Shown here: piece by piece, positions 9,682 to 19,096 of the stretch
Position numbering within the stretch: position 1 is the first letter of the stretch
Layout: each line of letters starts with the position of its first letter
Source: Thermoproteota archaeon
GTDB taxonomy: Archaea; Korarchaeota; Korarchaeia; Korarchaeales; Korarchaeaceae
Direction of reading: 5' to 3'
Length of the DNA: 64,000 nt
NCBI GenBank assembly: GCA_027491915.1
Contig: JAOZGC010000004.1
Span: 1 to 64,000 of the forward strand
The notes under the pieces: generated by a model
What the model saw: the letters and a program-made list of their open reading frames with translations, nothing else
Databases searched by the model: none
What the model was told of the DNA's origin: nothing
Program-made: the position numbers and the translations under genes

Positions 9682-10359
9682 CTACCCCGGCGCGCCGGAC
9701 ACCACGGCGATCCCGCGACTCGTGCCTATCCTCGAGGCCCCCGCCTCAATGAGCCTGATTGCGTCTCCGTAGGTCCTTATTCCGCCGGCAGCCTTGATCC
9801 CGGCGGAGTCTCCCACGGCGGACCTGATGATTTTCACATCCTCCACCGTCACACCCCTGGGGCCGAAGCCGGTGCACGTCTTCACGAAATCGGCCCCGCC
9901 TTCAACGACCGCCCTGGAGGCCTCCGCTATCTCCCCCTCCGTCAGGAGCCCCGTCTCGATTATCGCCTTCACCATCCCCTCCGGCCTCTCCGCCCTGAAG
10001 GCCGCCGCCACCGCCCTGACCTCCGAGGTCACGTAGTCGAGATCCCCGGCCTTCAACCTGCCTATGTTGACTACGACGTCTATCTCGTCGGCCCCGTCCC
10101 TCGCCGCCAGCTCCGCCTCCCTCATCTTTACGTCCCTCAAGTTGGCCCCCAGCGGGAATCCGACCACGGTGCAGACCCTGACCCCAGATCCCTCGGCCAG
10201 CGACCTGGCCAGACCGACGTAGCACGGGTTCACGCAGACCGCCCAGAAGCCGAACTCCGCCGCCTCCTCCACCAACCTCTCCACGTCGGCCGGCGTGGCG
10301 TCGGCCCTGAGCAGGGTGTGGTCTATGACGGCCGCCAGCTCCCTCCTGGTCAGCCTCAA
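9682..10359 (-). CDS. deoC: Deoxyribose-phosphate aldolase
   Basis: IDHTLL, VVGFPLG, ADFVKTCTGF, IKAAGGIRT, RIGTS. Confidence 0.95.
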   Translation of the reverse strand: MRLTRRELAAVIDHTLLRADATPADVERLVEEAAEFGFWAVCVNPCYVGLARSLAEGSGVRVCTVVGFPLGANLRDVKMREAELAARDGADEIDVVVNIGRLKAGDLDYVTSEVRAVAAAFRAERPEGMVKAIIETGLLTEGEIAEASRAVVEGGADFVKTCTGFGPRGVTVEDVKIIRSAVGDSAGIKAAGGIRTYGDAIRLIEAGASRIGTSRGIAVVSGAPG

Positions 10360-10943
10360 GGTCGCCCCTCCAGTCCAAACCATGAGTCTATGAAAATCCT
10401 GGCCACGGAGAAGGTCTGCTCAGGGGTCAATTTAGTCGTATCTATGACCAGGTTGAAGGGACTAAGGTCCTCTCCGAGCCTGAATCCGTATATCTCCCGA
10501 TATATCTCGAAGGTCTCCCCGTCTCTCCTCTCTATCTTGCGCCTGGCCTCATCCACCTCTATCCCGTCTCTCTTCGCCACCCTGGCGGCGCGGACGTCCA
10601 GGTCGGCCTTCAGGAATATGGCCAGCTTGTCCTCGGCGGACAGCAGGTAGGCCATGGTCCAGGAATCCAGCAGCACGTCCCCCCTCTCCTCCGCGATCCT
10701 GATGAGCTCCTCATCCACCCTCCTGTCAAAGCTCGGATCCCTCCTCCTCATCTCAAGCGCGGCCCTCCCTCCCTCCCTCTCCCACCAGCCCGGATCCTCG
10801 AGCGCCGCCTCGCCGCCTATCATCCTCTTCAGGGCGTCCCCCCCAGAGAAGTAGGCGAGGCCGTAGTGCTCGGCCAGCCTCCTTCCAAGGGTGCTCTTTC
10901 CGCTGCCGGTCAGTCCAGAGAGGCATATCTTCATCCGGCTCAC
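10356..10943 (-). CDS. cmk: Archaeal cytidylate kinase
   Basis: ICLSGLTGSGKST P-loop, FLKADLDVRAARV, FNLVIDTT. Confidence 0.88.
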   Translation of the reverse strand: MSRMKICLSGLTGSGKSTLGRRLAEHYGLAYFSGGDALKRMIGGEAALEDPGWWEREGGRAALEMRRRDPSFDRRVDEELIRIAEERGDVLLDSWTMAYLLSAEDKLAIFLKADLDVRAARVAKRDGIEVDEARRKIERRDGETFEIYREIYGFRLGEDLSPFNLVIDTTKLTPEQTFSVARIFIDSWFGLEGRP

Positions 10944-11959
10944 CCCCGTCGCGATCGGCCCTCCAGCAGGGCCCTCAATTCATCCTTCCTCAAAAACCTC
11001 CACTCGAGCTCGTCCACCCTCCAGTCCGGCAAGACCCGACTCTCCCCCACCTCGGTCTCGCCGAACTGGGCCAGGGCGAGGATGCCAGCCCACGCCACCA
11101 TGGCGCCGTTGTCCCTGCACAGCTCCGGCGGCGTCACCCTGAGCTCCGCGCCCCTCTCCTCGCACATGATCTCCATCTTCTCCCTCAGTCTCGGGGAGGC
11201 GCCGACCCCCCCCACTATGAGCACCTCCCCCCTGCCGGTCGCCGCCAGCGCCCTCTCCGTGACCTCGACCAGCATTGAGAAGGCGACCTCCACGAAGCTC
11301 CAGGCGACGTCCTCGGGCCTGACTCCCTGCCTGATCCTCCTCTCCGCCTCTGTGACGAGCCCGCTGAAGGCCATGTCCATTCCCTTCACGGTGTACGGGA
11401 GGTCTACCCACTCGCCCTCGATTGAATCCAGCTTGGGGCCGGCGGGAAAACCGAGGCCCAGCTTGCGCCCCAACTTCTCCTGGGCGTTGCCTAGGCCTAT
11501 GTCCAGGGTCTCGCCCAGGACCCTCACCCTCCCACCCTCTTCCACCAGGATCTGGGTGTTCCCGCCGGCCACGTAGACCACCAACGGATCATCCGCCCCC
11601 GTGGCCAGCCTGCCTATCTCTATGTGGGCGATCGGGTGGTTCACCCCGACCAGTGGCTTCCCTCCCCGGAGGGCCAGAGCCCTGGCGGCCAGCGCCCCCA
11701 CCTGGAGCGGCTGCCCCATTCCGGGCCCCCTGCTGAAGGCCACCAGGTCCACCTCCCCGAAGGTCAGGCCCGCCTCCCTCAGCGCCTCCCTGACCAGGTC
11801 GGGGATGACGCGGGAGTGGTGCTCCGCGGCCTCTCCCGGCCTGAACCCGCCGAGGTCGGATCTGATGGCCGACGACACGTTGGCCATTATCCTCCCGTCG
11901 GAGTCGACTATCCCGACGCCGGCCGTGTGGGCTGTGGACTCTATCCCCAACGAGATCAA
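10940..11959 (-). CDS. kae1: KEOPS subunit Kae1 (t6A transferase)
   Basis: LGIESTAHT, VNHPIAHIE, YVAGGNTQ, DNGAMVAWAG. Confidence 0.95.
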   Translation of the reverse strand: MISLGIESTAHTAGVGIVDSDGRIMANVSSAIRSDLGGFRPGEAAEHHSRVIPDLVREALREAGLTFGEVDLVAFSRGPGMGQPLQVGALAARALALRGGKPLVGVNHPIAHIEIGRLATGADDPLVVYVAGGNTQILVEEGGRVRVLGETLDIGLGNAQEKLGRKLGLGFPAGPKLDSIEGEWVDLPYTVKGMDMAFSGLVTEAERRIRQGVRPEDVAWSFVEVAFSMLVEVTERALAATGRGEVLIVGGVGASPRLREKMEIMCEERGAELRVTPPELCRDNGAMVAWAGILALAQFGETEVGESRVLPDWRVDELEWRFLRKDELRALLEGRSRRG

Positions 11960-12588
11960 TCTGATCCCACCAGCTCCCGATACGCCGTCAACACCTCGTC
12001 GAAGTCCACAGGTCCATCCCTGACCAGCTCTGGCGGTCTCACCGTCAGGTCAACTATGGTCGACACGGAGGAGGAGCCTATCCTGCCGACGTCGACCAGC
12101 ACCTCGGCCCTGGGTATCTCCCTGGCCGCCGCCTCCGCCGTGAAGGGAGGGGGGTTTCCGCTTATGTTGGCGCTGGTGGCCGTGAGCGCCCGGCCGAAGT
12201 ACTCTATTATCTGGACGGCCACCGAGCTGGCCGGAACTCTTATTCCTATGGCCCTCGGGTTGAGGACGTCCGGGACCGTCTCCTTCTTGGGCAGTATGAA
12301 CGTCACCGGCCCGGGCAGGAACCTCCTCATTATGGCCTCCGTCAGGTCGTCGAGGCGGGCGTACCTCTTGGCCATCTCGATGCCCGCCACCGCTATGGTC
12401 AGCGGCTTGCTCCTCGGCCTGAGCTTGACCCTGTACACCATGTCCACGGCCTCGGGATTCTCCGCATCGGCCCCGAGGGCGTAGGCCGTATCCGTCGGGT
12501 ATATTATAAGCCCCCCGGAGTCCAGGACCTCCTTCACGTCCCTCAGACAGCTCCCGCTGCAGCCTGCCCTGGACGCGTACCTCCTCAA
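11956..12588 (-). CDS. sua5: Threonylcarbamoyl-AMP synthase (Sua5/YrdC/TsaC, short form)
   Basis: YPTDTAYALG, VKLRPRSKPL, LPGPVTFIL, TATSANISG. Confidence 0.92.
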   Translation of the reverse strand: MRRYASRAGCSGSCLRDVKEVLDSGGLIIYPTDTAYALGADAENPEAVDMVYRVKLRPRSKPLTIAVAGIEMAKRYARLDDLTEAIMRRFLPGPVTFILPKKETVPDVLNPRAIGIRVPASSVAVQIIEYFGRALTATSANISGNPPPFTAEAAAREIPRAEVLVDVGRIGSSSVSTIVDLTVRPPELVRDGPVDFDEVLTAYRELVGSD

Positions 12589-12660
12589 GTCGACCCCTCC
12601 CGCCGCCTCCCCCCTATGTTAATTTGTCGCTTCCCCCCCGACCGCCGGGTGCCTCCTGGG

Positions 12661-13551
12661 TTGAATTCATCCGATCACGAGAGGCTTGGGAGGGCGCTGG
12701 CCTCGATCCTGGAATCTGTCTCCAAGATTATTGAGCCGGGCAAGAGCCTACTTGAGATAGCCGAGGCTGCCGAGGACATGATAAGGTCCTCCGGCTTCAA
12801 GCCGGCGTTTCCGGCCAACATATCGGTGGGTCGCACCGCGGCGCACTACACCCCCCCACCCGGCGACGGGAGCGTCGTCCCGGAAGACGGCCTGATCAAG
12901 ATCGACCTGGGACTCAGAGACGATCGAGGTCTCATAGTCGACGCGGCCAGATCCATAGGGTTCGGCCCGTCTCAGGGTAAAATGATAGAGGCGGCAAAGT
13001 CGGCCGTCGAAGCCGCCGCCAGGTCCATGAAGCCCGGCACGAGGATATCCAAGGTGAGCTCCGAGATATACAGGACCATCAGGTCGGCGGGATTCAAGCC
13101 TGTGGAGAACCTGTCCGGACACAAGATAGAGCCCTTCAGGCTTCACGCCGGAGTGAGCGTTCCGAACGTTCCCTCCATCACCTCCAGGTACAAGCTTCGC
13201 CCCGGAGACGTCTTCGCTGTGGAGCCCTTCGTTGTCCCCGGCGACGCCGCCGGCTTCGTCGTCGAGTCCCCCCCAGCCCTGATATTCTCCCTCAGACGGA
13301 AGATCCGCACCAGGAATCTCCTGGAGAGGAAGATCTTAGAGGCCGCCAGGGTGGATTTCGCCGGGCTCCCATTCTGCGAGAGGTGGCTGATTCAGCGCGG
13401 GGAGAGGCTGAGCGGCGCCCTAGAGAGACTCGTCCGAATCGGGGCCCTGGACGATTATCCCCCGCTGGTGGAATTCAGCGGGAGGCAGGTGGCCCAGTGG
13501 GAGAACACGATACTCGTCACCGAGGACGGCGGCGTCGTGCTGACCGAGTGA
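12661..13551 (+). CDS. map: Methionine aminopeptidase type 2
   Basis: PAFPANIS...AAHYTP, KIDLG, NLSGH, AVEPF, AQWENT. TTG start inferred; an ATG at 12616 is also in frame. Confidence 0.92.
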   Translation: MNSSDHERLGRALASILESVSKIIEPGKSLLEIAEAAEDMIRSSGFKPAFPANISVGRTAAHYTPPPGDGSVVPEDGLIKIDLGLRDDRGLIVDAARSIGFGPSQGKMIEAAKSAVEAAARSMKPGTRISKVSSEIYRTIRSAGFKPVENLSGHKIEPFRLHAGVSVPNVPSITSRYKLRPGDVFAVEPFVVPGDAAGFVVESPPALIFSLRRKIRTRNLLERKILEAARVDFAGLPFCERWLIQRGERLSGALERLVRIGALDDYPPLVEFSGRQVAQWENTILVTEDGGVVLTE

Positions 13552-13557
13552 TGGACG

Positions 13558-13983
13558 ATGCCCAGGACCGCGAAGGGTGCCAGGGGGGAGAGGGAGCTTC
13601 TGGACTTGCTGTGGTCTTCTGGAGCCGGGGCCGTCAGGGTGGCCGGCAGCGGGAGCACGGGGAGACCCTCCGCCGATTTGATCGCCGCCGGCCCCGGGGG
13701 ACTAGCGGTCATAGAGGTTAAGGTGACGTCGAAGGACGCCGTTTACGTGGACTCGGCCGAGGTCAGGTCCGCCAGCAGGCTGGCCTCCGCCATGGGGGGG
13801 AGGGCGTACGTGGCGGTCAAATTCACGTCCCTCAGGACGGGCGACTTCTTCATAGTGCCGGTGGAGAAGATGGAGAGGGTCGGCTCCACCTACAAGATTA
13901 CGGTCGAATGGGCCAGGAGGGTCGGCGTGGGGGCCAGGGAATTCGGCATGATCCTGGCTGGCAGGATCTCCCAGCTGAAGTAA
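13558..13983 (+). CDS. hjc: Holliday junction resolvase Hjc
   Basis: KGARGERELLDLL...RVAGSG...DLIA...IEVK. Confidence 0.9.
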   Translation: MPRTAKGARGERELLDLLWSSGAGAVRVAGSGSTGRPSADLIAAGPGGLAVIEVKVTSKDAVYVDSAEVRSASRLASAMGGRAYVAVKFTSLRTGDFFIVPVEKMERVGSTYKITVEWARRVGVGAREFGMILAGRISQLK

Positions 13984-13984
13984 C

Positions 13985-15085
13985 TCAGGGTTTGATCCAC
14001 TCGAGCTTGTAGTTCCTTATCCTCCCCTCTCCGGCGACCGACACCACCAGGTCCTTCCTCACCGAGGTCGCCACCCTGCCGGCCCTCAGCAGCTCAACCG
14101 GCAGGATCTTCCACCCGGGGGCGCTCGCCATGACCAGATAGGGGGCGTGGTCCAAGCCCGGTCCCTTCTCGTAGAGCATGAAGTCAACGCCGTACTTCGA
14201 CGCCGGCTTGACGACGTACCCCTTCGACCGCCAGAAGGAGAAGACTTTGGCCTTCACCCTACCCCCGACCCGGAGCTCCTCCACCCTCTCGAGGAGCAGA
14301 TTACGATCGCACGGCTTCCCCCCGACGTTCTCGACCGATAGGACCCCGAGGCTCACCAGGTATATGGCCTCGAACAGGGAGAGGACCAGGGGGACTTCGT
14401 ACAAGAGGCCCGGCTTCGGCTTCTCCACGCCCATCGGGTGTCCCCAGAAATCGGCCCGGTACAGGGAGCCGCCGGAGGGTCCGTCCCATATCACCACCTT
14501 GTCATGGATCAGCCGGCCGGAGCACTTCGGCAGCCCGGCCCTGACCCTCGCCACCCCCATCGGGAGGAAGCTCTCCGCCCTGTAGTATGTGACGTCCAGC
14601 TCGTCGTCCACTATGGCGAAGACGAGCTTCTTCCTCAGCCTGCCGGCGTACGCAACCAGATCCAAGAGGTCCCCGTGCATAACGGGCTCGTCCTCCGATA
14701 GGGGAACCACCAGTTCCCTGGCCGCAGACTCACCCCTCATGCTGCCCCTGGGATACAACCTGAGGAAGGGGGTCCTCTCCTCGTGTCTGACTATCCTCTC
14801 CCTCCTCCTGAGGTCCGAATACACCACAAACTTCAGGAAGTCGTCGGGACGCTTTGACGCCAGGAGCTCCAGCGCGGCGGCCTGGTCGCCGATCCCCTCC
14901 ACCTCCAGCTCTCCTCTCCCAACCAGGTACGCGGCCTCCAGCAGGCTGAGCCTCGCCGCCCCTCCCTCCGGTCTCCCCCCGTATCCCTCCTCGTAGAGCG
15001 TCCTCAGGGTCTGCTCGTCCCCGCTTATCAGGACTCCCCGCTCCCCCCCTCCCTCCAACCTCCCCCTCAATCGACCGGCCGTCAC
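13985..15085 (-). CDS. endA: tRNA splicing endonuclease, two-unit (alpha2-type)
   Basis: Two repeats of LSLxEAxYL. The C-terminal unit carries KYGVDFMLY...HAPY...SVRK (Tyr-His-Lys triad). Confidence 0.9.
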   Translation of the reverse strand: MTAGRLRGRLEGGGERGVLISGDEQTLRTLYEEGYGGRPEGGAARLSLLEAAYLVGRGELEVEGIGDQAAALELLASKRPDDFLKFVVYSDLRRRERIVRHEERTPFLRLYPRGSMRGESAARELVVPLSEDEPVMHGDLLDLVAYAGRLRKKLVFAIVDDELDVTYYRAESFLPMGVARVRAGLPKCSGRLIHDKVVIWDGPSGGSLYRADFWGHPMGVEKPKPGLLYEVPLVLSLFEAIYLVSLGVLSVENVGGKPCDRNLLLERVEELRVGGRVKAKVFSFWRSKGYVVKPASKYGVDFMLYEKGPGLDHAPYLVMASAPGWKILPVELLRAGRVATSVRKDLVVSVAGEGRIRNYKLEWIKP

Positions 15086-16050
15086 TTCCGCGCAGACCCC
15101 CCGCGCGGTCCCGTCCCGAGCACCGTGGAGTTCCTCAGACCACTGAATATGGTCCTCAGGACCTTTGAGGCGAACTCTATTCCTATCTCCGGCTCCGCCG
15201 AGTTCCTCACGTGATCAACGAAGTAACCGAGTTCCTCCATCAGGGGCTCCCTCCAGTAGAGCCTCGGAATGGTCGCCCCCTCCTTGTGCTCCACCGTCAG
15301 CCTCTGGGACACGTAGTCCAGCTCGGCGCTCCCCTCGGAGCCGGATATCCTCAGCGACCTGACCCCGACCGGGGTGAGCCAGTTGACCTCGATTATCCCT
15401 ATGACCGACCCCGGGTAGTCCATTACGAGCAGGGCCACGTCCTCCCTCTCCCGGGAGGTGGCGTAGCTGACGAACGTCCTCACGCTGTTCGGCTCTCTCC
15501 CCAGGAGGTCCATCTGAACGTACGCCTCGTGAATCGCCAGATCCAGGGTGACGCCTATCTCCCACCTGACGTCCCTCTTTGGGCTCCTCCCTATCCTCTT
15601 ACCGGATATCAGGTAGGGATCCCCTATCTCTCCCCTCCGGACGGTCTCCTTGAGGGCCGCGTATCCCGGATTGAACAGCTCTATGAATCCCGGGACGACC
15701 ACCGCTCCCCCCCTCCGCGCCGCGGATATCAGGTCTTCCAGCTCCCTCTCGCTGGTGGCGACGGGCTTCTCTACCAGCACCCCTACCCCCCTCTCCGCCG
15801 CCGCGGCCGCGGTCCTGGCCAGATGCTGCGGGGTGACCACGACGCTGACGGCGTCCAGATTCTCCCTGTCCAGCATTCTCTCCGGATCGGAATAGGCCCT
15901 GGCCCCGTACCTCTCCCCGATCCTCCTGGCCTTGACCTCGTCAACGTCGGCCACGGCGGTCAGCTCCACCCCCCCGAGCTCCCGGTAGACCCTTGCGTGG
16001 GCGGAGCCGAACCACCCGCACCCTATGACGCCGACCCTCAGCCTCTCCAT
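15082..16050 (-). CDS. Gfo/Idh/MocA-family oxidoreductase
   Basis: VGVIGCGWFG, VLVEKP, GFIELFNP, DLAIHE. ATG at 16050. Confidence 0.88.
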   Translation of the reverse strand: MERLRVGVIGCGWFGSAHARVYRELGGVELTAVADVDEVKARRIGERYGARAYSDPERMLDRENLDAVSVVVTPQHLARTAAAAAERGVGVLVEKPVATSERELEDLISAARRGGAVVVPGFIELFNPGYAALKETVRRGEIGDPYLISGKRIGRSPKRDVRWEIGVTLDLAIHEAYVQMDLLGREPNSVRTFVSYATSREREDVALLVMDYPGSVIGIIEVNWLTPVGVRSLRISGSEGSAELDYVSQRLTVEHKEGATIPRLYWREPLMEELGYFVDHVRNSAEPEIGIEFASKVLRTIFSGLRNSTVLGTGPRGGSARK

Positions 16051-16112
16051 CCGGCCCCCCGCCGCCGCCCGATAAATAACTGTTGAAGCCCCACCGGGGT
16101 TCGGTGGGTTGA

Positions 16113-16943
16113 GTGTCCCTGAGGGGATTGCTGGACCTGGTGAGACCGAAGAACGCCGCCATGTCCTCCCTCGGGAGCCTGATAGGATGGTTGGCCGCCG
16201 GGGGGAAAGTCGACAAGCTCCTTCCAGCCGTCTTGGTCCCCCCACTGATTCTCATGGGGGGCAACGCCGTGAACGACCTCTACGACGTGGACGTGGATAG
16301 GATAAACAGGCCGGGCAGGCCGATTCCGCGCGGAGACGTATCGCGCCGGGAGGCCGCGGCGGCCTACGCCCTCCTCTCGGCGGCAGGGTCGGCCGTCTCC
16401 CTCCTGGGCGGCATCTACCCCCTGGCCGTCGCCGTCACCTTCTCCCTCGCCTGGCTGCTCTACGCCGGGAAGCTCAAGGCCACCGGTCTACCTGGGAACA
16501 TTCTGGTCAGTCTCGGGGTATCCGCCACCCTCCCCTACGGGGCCCTCTGCGTGGACGGGGTTCCACCGGTGATCTGGCTTTACTCCTCCATAGCCTTCTT
16601 CTCCAACCTGGCCAGGGAGTTGGTCAAGGTAGTGGAGGACCTCCCCGGGGATTCGGCCGCCGGGATAGGGACTTTCGCCGTCAGGCACGGGATCGAGGCG
16701 ACGGAGAGACTGATAAGATCCCTCCTCGTCGGCGCCTCGCTGGCGGCCGCCCTCCCTCTGGCCCTCGGGCTATCCGGTCTCGCGTACGCCGTCGGCGGAG
16801 GGGCCTCGGCGCTGGCCCTCCTCTGGATCGCCGCATCGCCCGGCGGCCTCACGGTCGAGGGAGCCGGGAGGCTGAGCTCCGCGATAAAGACCTCAATGGC
16901 CGTCGGCCTGCTGTCCATGCTGCTGGATCTGGCCCTCCGCTGA
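16113..16943 (+). CDS. UbiA-family prenyltransferase, probable digeranylgeranylglyceryl phosphate synthase
   Basis: NAVNDLYDVDVDRINRPGRPIPRG and ARELVKVVEDLPGD motifs; multiple TM helices. Confidence 0.88.
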   Translation: MSLRGLLDLVRPKNAAMSSLGSLIGWLAAGGKVDKLLPAVLVPPLILMGGNAVNDLYDVDVDRINRPGRPIPRGDVSRREAAAAYALLSAAGSAVSLLGGIYPLAVAVTFSLAWLLYAGKLKATGLPGNILVSLGVSATLPYGALCVDGVPPVIWLYSSIAFFSNLARELVKVVEDLPGDSAAGIGTFAVRHGIEATERLIRSLLVGASLAAALPLALGLSGLAYAVGGGASALALLWIAASPGGLTVEGAGRLSSAIKTSMAVGLLSMLLDLALR

Positions 16944-17759
16944 TTAGGACTCGGACAGGATCCTTATCAGGCTCTTCCTGAGGAGGACGCCGACCAGGTC
17001 GTCGCCGGCCCTCACCACCGGGAGGGCCGGTAGGCCGGCCTCCACCATGGCCGATGCGGCCTCTCCCACCCCCGATCCCTCTCCTATCCTGGGGGGGTCC
17101 TCCACCATGACGTCGTCCACCACAACCCTCCTGACGGCGTTCTCGACGTATCTGAAGTCCGAAGTCTCGCGGAGCTCCATGAACGCCCTGGCCAACACCA
17201 TGTCGGTGATCAGCCCGACCAGCCTCGCCTGCTCCACGACCGGCAGAACCCTGGCTCCGGTGTCCAACATCTTGGCCCTCGCGTGAACTATCCTCTCGCC
17301 CGGAGCGGTGGCGGGATAGGGATCCTTGACCAGTTCTCGGACCTCCCTCCCTTCCGGCAGGAGATTCGCCAGGATCTTCAGCAGGTCGGTCTCGGTGACC
17401 ACCGCCTTCAAATTCCCATCTGAGACCACCGGCAGCGAGCTAACGTCCCTCCTCAGCATGATGGACATGGCCTCCCTGAGGGGCGTGTCGGGCGTCGCGG
17501 TTATGGCCGGGGAGCTCATCAGCGCGCTGACGTGTATCCTCTTGGGGAGGACCCTCTCGTACCTCCTCGACCCGAACCCCTCCATGAGGTCCCAGGCCGC
17601 TATGACCCCCACGACCCTCCCGTCTTGGATCACCACCAGGTGGGAAATCCCCTCCTCCTCCATGATCTCCAGAGCCTCGGCGGCGCTGGCGTCCTTGCTT
17701 ATGGTCAGGGGCCTCCTGTCTGGGATCACCTCACCCAGCCTGATCCGATCAAGATTCAC
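16944..17759 (-). CDS. CBS-domain protein (4 CBS motifs)
   Basis: Repeated M..P.....LPVV...LVG.I/VT.D pattern. Confidence 0.88.
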   Translation of the reverse strand: MNLDRIRLGEVIPDRRPLTISKDASAAEALEIMEEEGISHLVVIQDGRVVGVIAAWDLMEGFGSRRYERVLPKRIHVSALMSSPAITATPDTPLREAMSIMLRRDVSSLPVVSDGNLKAVVTETDLLKILANLLPEGREVRELVKDPYPATAPGERIVHARAKMLDTGARVLPVVEQARLVGLITDMVLARAFMELRETSDFRYVENAVRRVVVDDVMVEDPPRIGEGSGVGEAASAMVEAGLPALPVVRAGDDLVGVLLRKSLIRILSES

Positions 17760-18591
17760 CGGCCATCACCAACCCCCTGACGATGTCCGTCTTGGTTATT
17801 ATCCCGGCCAGCCTCTCCCCGTCCGGAGAGACCGGCAGCCCGCTGAACCCCCACTCTATCATCATCCTCGCGGCCTTGGCCGCGTCCGCGTCCGGCCTGA
17901 TGGTCACCACGGGGTTGCTCATTACCTCCCCCGCCGTCTTTGCCCTTATCTCCCTGCTGGCCCTGCCGACGTCGGTGTCTATCACCACGGTCTTCTCCCT
18001 GAACTGACCGCTGACGTTGGCTACGTCCGTCTTGGTCACAATACCCAAGATCCTCATCCCTGAGTCTACCACGACGACCCTCCCTATCCCCTTCTTGATC
18101 ATGATCCTGGCGATCCTCTTGACCGAGTGGGTCTCCCTGGCGGTGACTACCTCCCTGGTCATCAGGTCCTGGACCCTGTACCTGCCGGCCATGCTCTCCG
18201 CGAAGTACCTGACCACGTCCGTCTTAGTTATCACGCCGATGACCCTTCCGTCCCTGATCACCGGGAGGCCGCTTATTCCCCTCTCCAGCATGATCCTGCC
18301 AGCCTCCTCAAGGGAGGCGTCTGGCGAGATGCAGACTGGATCTCTCGTCATGAACCTGCTCACCAGGGAGTTCTCCGGGTTCCTCCACTTCCAGGGCGCC
18401 CCCCTCTTCGCCAGGGCCCTGGCCAGGTCCGTGGAGGTTATCACCCCGACGGCCCTCCCCCCTCCATCCACGACCACGAGCCGCTTTATCTTCCTCTCCA
18501 GCATCAGGTTTCGCGCGGTCCCCACCGTGACGGTCTCCGGAACCGCGACGACCTCCTTCGACATGTAGTCTCTGACCTTCGCCGCGACCAT
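17749..18591 (-). CDS. CBS-domain protein (4 CBS motifs)
   Basis: Four repeats ending GVIT/GIITKTD. Confidence 0.9.
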   Translation of the reverse strand: MVAAKVRDYMSKEVVAVPETVTVGTARNLMLERKIKRLVVVDGGGRAVGVITSTDLARALAKRGAPWKWRNPENSLVSRFMTRDPVCISPDASLEEAGRIMLERGISGLPVIRDGRVIGVITKTDVVRYFAESMAGRYRVQDLMTREVVTARETHSVKRIARIMIKKGIGRVVVVDSGMRILGIVTKTDVANVSGQFREKTVVIDTDVGRASREIRAKTAGEVMSNPVVTIRPDADAAKAARMMIEWGFSGLPVSPDGERLAGIITKTDIVRGLVMAGES

Positions 18592-18604
18592 CGAATGACC
18601 TCCC

Positions 18605-19096
18605 TCAGATGGGGAAGGTTCCGCGGGGGGACTCGGCTATCCTCAACCTCTCCCTCAGCATGAATACTATGTGGGGGGCCACCCTGACCACGTCCCTAGA
18701 GGAGATAACGCCCACGAGCCTGTCCCTCTTGTCGACCACCAGAAGCCGCCTTATGTTCCTCTCGGCCATTATCTTGGCCGCCTCAACTACGTCGACGTTC
18801 TGCCTTATCTTGACCGGATTCTTAGTCATGATCTCATCGACTTTCACCTCCTCTGGGGGTCTCCCGTCGCCCTTGGCCATGTACCTCGTTATCAGGTCCC
18901 TCTCGGTGACTATCCCAAGGATCTTGTCGTCGTCCGCGACTACCACGGACCCTATGCCGTAGTCCCTCATCAGGCGGGCCACCTCTGCCACCGTGGAGCC
19001 CGGCCCCACCTTCACCACGTTGGGGCTCATGATCTCCGAGACCGGAACCCCCTCCCTAGCCTCGTCGTCCGGAGGGGGGATCAACGACCACCTCAA
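18605..19096 (-). CDS. CBS-domain protein (2 CBS motifs)
   Basis: VSEIMSP...GIVTERD...IMTKNP...GVISSRD. Confidence 0.88.
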   Translation of the reverse strand: MRWSLIPPPDDEAREGVPVSEIMSPNVVKVGPGSTVAEVARLMRDYGIGSVVVADDDKILGIVTERDLITRYMAKGDGRPPEEVKVDEIMTKNPVKIRQNVDVVEAAKIMAERNIRRLLVVDKRDRLVGVISSRDVVRVAPHIVFMLRERLRIAESPRGTFPI

